A stretch of DNA of 11,358 nt, from NCBI GenBank assembly GCA_043767805.1, contig JAYUGC010000121.1:1-11358 (forward strand), given 5' to 3'. A model generated the notes under the pieces. That model was given only the letters and a program-made list of their open reading frames with translations, did no database searches and was not told where the DNA came from. The first letter of the stretch is position 1; the number at the start of each line of letters is the position of its first letter. The position numbers were made by a program, and so were the translations under genes. The stretch comes from Pseudomonadota bacterium. GTDB taxonomy: Bacteria > Bdellovibrionota > FAC87 > UBA2466. Of this stretch, positions 5,957-11,358 are shown piece after piece.

Positions 5957-6695
5957 CGGATTCCAGCTCCCATAATTTGGCCCACTTCAAAAAAACCGCG
6001 TAGGCCGCCGAGACAGAGATGATGAGGCCCGGGTACCCGTCGAGAAAACCGCGCTTTAGCAGGTAGGTCTCGAGAAACTTCGAGGTCGTCTTGACGCAGA
6101 GCCAGGCGAAAGAGAACGACACTCCTTTGGCCTTTAGCCCGCGAGCGCCCAAAGACGAATAGGTATTGTTGCGCGCGACCTGATCGGCAAGATTATCAAA
6201 AGAATAGTGGAGTAAGTCCGCGGTCAGCTCGCCCCGCTCTCCCTCGGTATGCCAGTACTCGTGCACTTCGTTCCCGCGCCACTCTCCCTGACTTTTGCGG
6301 AAGAGACGAAACAAACGATTGGGATACCAGCCGCCATGGCGGATCCACCTGCCGAAATGAATCGTTTTTCTGGGAAAACTGTAAGCGGCTTTTGCTTCGG
6401 GAAGGCGAATCGCCGCGAGAAGCTCGGCGCGAAGCTCGGCGGAGACCTCTTCATCGGCGTCAATGGACAAAATCCATTCGGACTCGGCAAAGCTCAGGGC
6501 TTTTTGCCGTTGGTCTACGAATCCGAGCCAGGGCAAGATATACACCTTCTTGGTGTAGCGTTGCGCGATGGCCACGGTGCCGTCGATGCTTTCGGCGTCC
6601 ACCACCACGATCTCGTCACAAAAAGAAAGACTCTGAAGACAGCGCTCCAGATTGCTTTCCTCGTTTTTGGTGATGATGACCGCGCCGATAGCCAT
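5934..6695 (-). CDS. Glycosyltransferase family 2, WaaE/KdtX-like LPS core beta-glucosyltransferase
   Basis: IITKNEE, DEIVVVD, SIDADE (DxD), HGGWYP..RLF, VHE, LLHYS and GFLDGYPG. Start overlaps the upstream stop (TAATG at 6693-6697). Confidence 0.88.
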   Translation of the reverse strand: MAIGAVIITKNEESNLERCLQSLSFCDEIVVVDAESIDGTVAIAQRYTKKVYILPWLGFVDQRQKALSFAESEWILSIDADEEVSAELRAELLAAIRLPEAKAAYSFPRKTIHFGRWIRHGGWYPNRLFRLFRKSQGEWRGNEVHEYWHTEGERGELTADLLHYSFDNLADQVARNNTYSSLGARGLKAKGVSFSFAWLCVKTTSKFLETYLLKRGFLDGYPGLIISVSAAYAVFLKWAKLWELESGEKGTVG

Positions 6696-8581
6696 TACTT
6701 CTCTTTGACCTCGATAAGATTGCCCCTAAGGGAGCCTATCTTTACCTTGGCGTCAAATTTCACCAGATACCGCTTCGAATCATCGCTCACCCAGAGATAG
6801 GACTCGCCCATCTGTTGGAGATTGTTATTCAGAGAAATCTGGATGCCTAGCTTCCAGCACTGAAAGACGCCGACCTTGGTGGTCACCAGCTCGTTAGCCA
6901 CGGGGGTGATGATGACCTCCATGTTCTTGCCCTTTTCATAGACGTAGAATCGTACCGGCTTATTCAGCTCGTACTCGAACATGCGAAGGGCATAGATGCC
7001 GCTGTACATGTCTCGCCCGCCCGGGACGAAAGCATCGGTTTGATCGAGCACCTCGTCTCCCCACTTGGTAGAGATTCGCTTCGACCAATAAAAGGCCTGG
7101 GATTTAAGATGATCGAAAGCGACTCGAGTTTCCTTTTTCTGGCTACTTTCGACCATGTGAAGCTGAAACTTATAGGGAACCGCGCCCTTCGCGTCGATGT
7201 AGGACTCGACCGTGTTATCCACGTGATAAATCGCGTCGACTAAACTGGACGAGAGCACATTGCCCCAAAGCTGAAGCGTTTCCCGCCCATTGATCGGGTC
7301 GGCCTTGCGCACTTCGAGAATCACCCGGCCCGCGGGAAGTGCCATCCAATGCAGCTCGAGCTCCATTTTTTCGCCGGCCTCAAAGGGGAGCTTCGGGTAC
7401 TCGGTCATGACGTAAGCCGGCGGCGGAGGCGGCGCGACTGGCGCCGCGACTACCGTCTTTCCTTTTTTCTTTTTGGATTTTTTCGTTTCCTTGGAAGGAG
7501 CTTTGGACGGCCCCGTGATTCCCATGGCTTCGGCGTGAGACACCGCCGCGGGCGAGTCGGTCGCCGGGCGCACGATAGGTACGGAAACTTTTGGCTCGGG
7601 CGGGAGCTCGATGCCAGTTTGAGCCGGACCGCCGCTCGCGCAACCCCAAAGCAGAAACGCCATCGCGGCTAGCCTAACGGGCGGCTTCCAGCGCGGCTCG
7701 CCTCGGTATTCTTTCCATCGACGGTGAAGCCAGAGCCACTGTTCGGGGTACCTTCTAATGATGCGTTCCATGGCGTCGTTCAATTGTTGCGTTCTTTGGT
7801 AAAGCCGCGTTTCTCGGGCTTCGCCGAGATTGGTAAATTGAAAGGGGGCCTCGATCTGAATGCGAGAGGTTCCTTTCGAGTCGCGATAAATATAGGTGAG
7901 AAGCACGGGAACGTCCCGGCGTTCCAGAAGTAAGGCCAGGGAAACCGCCGTACCCGCTTTGCGGCCGAAAAATGTCACCGGCAGCCCAATAGGCGGGCCC
8001 ATGAATTGATCCAGTAAGTAAGCGATCGCTTTTCCGCTACTGAGCGCTTTCAGGATGTCGTGATGCGTACCACTCTCGACTAAAAGCGAAGCGCCCATCT
8101 TGGCCCGGTACCAGTTCAAGAAGGCATCGCCCGCGGGACTTTTCGACCGCTTCACTACCGCTTGAAGGGGAAGGCCATGAGCGACCGCCGAGCCTAGAGC
8201 CAGCTCCCAGCTACCCAAATGAAACGTGAGAAAGAAAAAGCCGCGGCCTTGCTTTAAAAGAGTTTTCGCGTGCTCCATGCCGTCGATGGGAACGCGCGCC
8301 GCATAGTTCTTCGGAAGCCAGGTCAGCGACAAAAGAAAATCGATCACCATGCGCCCATAGTGCTGGTAGTTGGCCCGTGCCAAACGCTCGATCTCTTGCT
8401 CTCCGATCGCGGGCGCCAAGGCCAAGCGCATGTTCTCCAGAACGAACGCCTTACGGAATCCAATCACCTGATAGACCAAGGATCCGAAACCGGCGCCCAG
8501 CCAGGAGACGAAGGAATAGGGAAACAGGCGCAGCGTCCACGAGCAGAGGGAAAGTAAAAGGATGGTTAGGCGGAGTTTCAT
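6695..8581 (-). CDS. Fusion: LpxL/HtrB-type lipid A late acyltransferase + internal lipobox-like segment + DUF3108-like domain
   Basis: Residues ~1-290 carry TFHLGSWE (HxxxxE catalytic motif), LLDQ, VTFFG and PEQWLWLHRRWK. Then come RLAAMAFLLWG-C314 and a Pro/Lys-rich linker. From ~398, LPFEAGEKMELELHW..PAG and a beta-rich region ending WVSDD..RYLVKFDAKVKIGSL resemble DUF3108. ATGA overlap with the lpxK stop. Confidence 0.85.
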   Translation of the reverse strand: MKLRLTILLLSLCSWTLRLFPYSFVSWLGAGFGSLVYQVIGFRKAFVLENMRLALAPAIGEQEIERLARANYQHYGRMVIDFLLSLTWLPKNYAARVPIDGMEHAKTLLKQGRGFFFLTFHLGSWELALGSAVAHGLPLQAVVKRSKSPAGDAFLNWYRAKMGASLLVESGTHHDILKALSSGKAIAYLLDQFMGPPIGLPVTFFGRKAGTAVSLALLLERRDVPVLLTYIYRDSKGTSRIQIEAPFQFTNLGEARETRLYQRTQQLNDAMERIIRRYPEQWLWLHRRWKEYRGEPRWKPPVRLAAMAFLLWGCASGGPAQTGIELPPEPKVSVPIVRPATDSPAAVSHAEAMGITGPSKAPSKETKKSKKKKGKTVVAAPVAPPPPPAYVMTEYPKLPFEAGEKMELELHWMALPAGRVILEVRKADPINGRETLQLWGNVLSSSLVDAIYHVDNTVESYIDAKGAVPYKFQLHMVESSQKKETRVAFDHLKSQAFYWSKRISTKWGDEVLDQTDAFVPGGRDMYSGIYALRMFEYELNKPVRFYVYEKGKNMEVIITPVANELVTTKVGVFQCWKLGIQISLNNNLQQMGESYLWVSDDSKRYLVKFDAKVKIGSLRGNLIEVKEK

Positions 8582-9576
8582 GGCGCCCCCAGCTTACTTT
8601 CGATGAACGAAAAACAGGCCTCGGGAACCACGACTTCGAACCGAAGGAAGGCGACACGCCGTCTCCAGGCCTGCGGCAACTTCACCCAGTCTTTTTCAGT
8701 CGTAACGAGAGTAGCGGCGAGCGCGGTCGCGCGGCTTTCGAGTTTTTTTACCTCGAGCTCGCAGTAAACGTGGTGATCGCCAAAAGCCTCGAAGCCCACG
8801 AGCCGGCCGAGCGAGGCGACGTCTCGCCGGAAATTTTCGGGAACCGCGATACCGCAGAATGCATACAGCGGGATTTCGGCAAGCGAAGCGATCTTCCCAT
8901 CCAGCTGAAAGCCACCGCTTTCGCGCTCGCAGGTAAAGCACGGCTTGGAAGGAAAGCGCGTCGCAAGCCAAGCCTCCCAAGTCTCGTCTTTGCCGACCAT
9001 CAAAAACGCGGAAGCTCTCTCCAAGCCGGACAGCGGCTCGCGCAAGTCGCCAAGCGGAAGGCAGAAGGCGTCCTTCGGTCCCCGGTCCGCGGGAAGCAAG
9101 ACGAGATCGACGTCGCGGTGTAAGGCCCGGTGCTGAAACCCATCGTCCAAAAGAATGAGCCCCGGCAGCGAAACGCTGCTTTCCAGGCTTTTGGCCCCTC
9201 GGCAGCGATTCGCGTCGACTAAAACGGGAAACTGACCCCTTGACGCCATCATCCAGGGCTCGTCGCCATACTTGTCCGCTCCCTGGGCGTCTGTCTTATC
9301 GACTAAGGCGCCCGCGCGGCTCGCGCTTCCCCCGTATCCACGGGACAAAACGGCGGGCGATCTCCGGGAGAGACCTTTAGCCAAAGCTAGAACCACCGGA
9401 GTTTTTCCGGTGCCGCCCGAGTGCACGTTTCCGATGCTCACGACGGGAAGCTTCGAGTGGTGGCGGACTCGGGCGAAACGAAGCCTAAGGCGGGATACCT
9501 CTTCCCATAGCAGAGACAGCGGGAGGAAGGCCGCAAGACAACCAAGCCGGAGCTTTTCAAGCCGGGAGGGGCTCAA
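8578..9576 (-). CDS. lpxK: Tetraacyldisaccharide 4'-kinase
   Basis: PVVSIGNVHSGGTGKTP, LSRGYG, GDEP, LDDGFQH, LPLGDLREP, FGDHH and TTEKD. TTG start overlaps the end of lpxB by 20 nt. Confidence 0.95.
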   Translation of the reverse strand: MSPSRLEKLRLGCLAAFLPLSLLWEEVSRLRLRFARVRHHSKLPVVSIGNVHSGGTGKTPVVLALAKGLSRRSPAVLSRGYGGSASRAGALVDKTDAQGADKYGDEPWMMASRGQFPVLVDANRCRGAKSLESSVSLPGLILLDDGFQHRALHRDVDLVLLPADRGPKDAFCLPLGDLREPLSGLERASAFLMVGKDETWEAWLATRFPSKPCFTCERESGGFQLDGKIASLAEIPLYAFCGIAVPENFRRDVASLGRLVGFEAFGDHHVYCELEVKKLESRATALAATLVTTEKDWVKLPQAWRRRVAFLRFEVVVPEACFSFIESKLGAP

Positions 9577-10714
9577 GAACGCCTCCTCGAAGTAGCGGAC
9601 CCGAAGCCTGACTTATCTCCGCGGCAGCTCGGCGGCTCGCGCCGGGACCGCCGAGCAAAAGCCGGCAAGCGGTCAAATCTTCCAGACACTGCGCTCGTGC
9701 CGCCGCCGACTCGATAAAGCGAGCACATTCCTCGAAGAGAGCATCCGCGGAGGCGTTCTGCTGAAAAAATTCTTTCACCGCTTCTTTTTTTAGAAGCACG
9801 TTAGGCATTCCGATGAACCCGCGGTAGCGCACGAGGAAACGAAACGCGAACGCGCTGAACTTGCTCATCCGGTAAAAGAGAGCAAACGGCACTCCCACGA
9901 GCGCCGCCTCCAGAGTCGCGGTACCCGAGGCGATTAGCGCGCAGTCCGCCCACTCGTAAACCGAGCGAGCGCCTCCCGCTACGAATTGCACCATGGGGTT
10001 TTTGATGTGAGCTCTCACTTGCCCTTCCTTAATCGTGGAAGCGAGAGGCACTCGAAACTCGGCCTGAGGGTAACGGGCCCTTAAGCGCGCGACGACCTCG
10101 TCCAAGAGGGCCCCATGATGGGCAAGCTCGCTCAAACGACTTCCGGGCAGAAGCCCAATACGGGGCCTGGTCTTAACTTCACTTTGAATTCGATAGTCAG
10201 TGCGCGGCTCGATGGATTCCAGAAGCGGATGCCCGACGAAAGTCACCTCCACCTTATGGTTCCGGTAAAAGGCTTCCTCGAAGGGAAAGACCACGAGCAT
10301 TTTGTCGACGTAACGCCGGATCTTGCGGATACGGTATCGGCGCCAGGCCCAAACCTGAGGGGAGATATAATAGTAAACCGGTATCCCCGCTGCCTTGAGC
10401 TGACTCGCGAGCTTTAAATTGAAATCGGGAAGATCGAGCAAGATGGCGAAGTCCGGACGGCGAGAGTCGATGAGACCAGCCACCTTGCGAAAGCAGGCTA
10501 AAATATCTTTCAGCCGATCCAGCCAATCCGTGAGGCCCACGACGTTCAAAGCTTCACTGGGCACGACGATGTCCACGCCGCGAGCCGCGAGCTCCGTGCC
10601 GCCGACTCCGTACAGCTCGATGTCTGGCGAAATTTCCTTCAGGCAATCGACCAGGCGGGCCGCATGGGAATCAGCGGAGGCTTCTCCCGCCACTATGAGA
10701 ACCTTCGGAGCCAT
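9557..10714 (-). CDS. lpxB: Lipid-A-disaccharide synthase
   Basis: IVAGEASAD, DLPDFN, YYISPQVWAWR, FVGHPL, LLPGSR, ASGTATLE and IGMPN. Start corrected to ATG 10714 (MAPKVLIVAGE), 4 nt after the upstream stop and with AAGGGG upstream; 385 aa. Confidence 0.96.
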   Translation of the reverse strand: MAPKVLIVAGEASADSHAARLVDCLKEISPDIELYGVGGTELAARGVDIVVPSEALNVVGLTDWLDRLKDILACFRKVAGLIDSRRPDFAILLDLPDFNLKLASQLKAAGIPVYYYISPQVWAWRRYRIRKIRRYVDKMLVVFPFEEAFYRNHKVEVTFVGHPLLESIEPRTDYRIQSEVKTRPRIGLLPGSRLSELAHHGALLDEVVARLRARYPQAEFRVPLASTIKEGQVRAHIKNPMVQFVAGGARSVYEWADCALIASGTATLEAALVGVPFALFYRMSKFSAFAFRFLVRYRGFIGMPNVLLKKEAVKEFFQQNASADALFEECARFIESAAARAQCLEDLTACRLLLGGPGASRRAAAEISQASGPLLRGGVLEPLPA

Positions 10715-10718
10715 CGCT

Positions 10719-11358
10719 TTAAGGCCCCTTCGAAAGCTCGGCTTCCATCCGCGCCGGCCTAGAGCCAGGGCGCTCGAGAATTTTTTGAATGATGATTTTG
10801 GCGTAGCGCAAGGCGCGGATGCCATCCTCGCCACTGACCACCGGGCGCCTCTTTAGCCGGACGCATTCCACGAAATCGGCGGTCTGCTCTCCCAGCGGAT
10901 CGAGAGAGATACTGTCTTGATGCACGAGCTGAATCGATTTGTCGGCGGCGCGAGTATAGACCTTCACGGTATTTTCCCTGAAATCCAGGGAAGCGTAGGC
11001 GCTATCGAAGAATACCCGGAATTTTCGAACCGGATCGAGGGAGACGCGGCTAACGCTCAAATTGACGGCGGCTCCGGTGAGAAACTCGAGACGCACGCTC
11101 GCCATGTCCACTTGATCGGTGAGGACGCTGACTCCGATAGCTGAAACATGAACGGGATCTTCTCCCATCAAAGCCAAAACGAGATCCAGATCGTGGATCA
11201 TCAAATCGGTGACCACATCGGCCTTCGCGTCCCGCGCGAGGCTTGGGCTCAGGCGCTGCGCTTCGATGAAACGGACGGCGCCTTTAGCGGCATCGCCGGC
11301 CAGAGCGCGGTACCGAAACCTCTCGATCAAACCAACCTGCAGAACGAGATCCCTCTCC
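10719..11358 (-). CDS. Gfo/Idh/MocA-family oxidoreductase, GnnA-like (UDP-GlcNAc 3-dehydrogenase), 5' end beyond the window
   Basis: The frame is open to the right edge (ERDLVLQVGLIERF...). DVVTDLMIHDLD, SVSRVS..VRKFRVF and FVECVR..PVVSGEDG are present. It lies immediately upstream of lpxB. Confidence 0.8.
   Translation of the reverse strand, partial: ERDLVLQVGLIERFRYRALAGDAAKGAVRFIEAQRLSPSLARDAKADVVTDLMIHDLDLVLALMGEDPVHVSAIGVSVLTDQVDMASVRLEFLTGAAVNLSVSRVSLDPVRKFRVFFDSAYASLDFRENTVKVYTRAADKSIQLVHQDSISLDPLGEQTADFVECVRLKRRPVVSGEDGIRALRYAKIIIQKILERPGSRPARMEAELSKGP

Noticed and set aside
8377..9123. Long antisense ORFs (this 248-aa one, also 1142..1597, 2506..3087, 4000..4596, 5447..6022, 6249..6800)
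   Set aside because: They lie opposite well-supported genes, have no recognisable motifs, and are expected in GC-rich coding DNA.
10715..10834. 40-aa N-terminal extension of LpxB in the ORF track
   Set aside because: It overlaps the upstream oxidoreductase. LpxB similarity starts at MAPKVLIVAGE (ATG 10714), which has a plausible SD.
11328..11330. TTG 11330 as the start of the oxidoreductase
   Set aside because: The frame stays open to the window edge and the NAD-binding N-terminal domain is missing, so the gene is truncated by the window.
1..11358. CRISPR array, IS or prophage, defence system
   Set aside because: No regularly spaced direct repeats and no transposase, integrase or nuclease motifs were seen; nearly all of the sequence is explained by envelope and housekeeping genes.

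Overview
Bacterial chromosomal DNA with no mobile element, CRISPR array, rRNA or recognisable tRNA. The gene content (spoVG next to ispE, a GnnA-like dehydrogenase next to lpxB, DUF3108) suggests a deltaproteobacteria-like or Bdellovibrionota organism; this is inference. The right half is a tightly coupled minus-strand lipid A/LPS operon: Gfo/Idh/MocA (GnnA-like, truncated by the window edge), lpxB, lpxK, a 628-aa fusion, a WaaE/KdtX-type GT2 and cmk. The middle has ispE overlapping spoVG, a structured intergenic region, a near-consensus sigma54 promoter and an exported 426-aa protein with one C-terminal c-type heme domain. The left has a small membrane protein, an LpxH-family hydrolase, a secreted 10-Cys protein, and a minus-strand gene missing from the ORF track that encodes a degenerate GH35/GH42-like protein. 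Most notable: the 628-aa protein joins an LpxL/HtrB-type lipid A late acyltransferase, through an internal lipoprotein-like signal (LLWG-C314) and a Pro/Lys-rich linker, to a DUF3108-like domain. It could be a membrane-spanning acylation/lipid-handling module or a polyprotein processed by signal peptidase II. All family calls are motif recognition by eye, not database searches.
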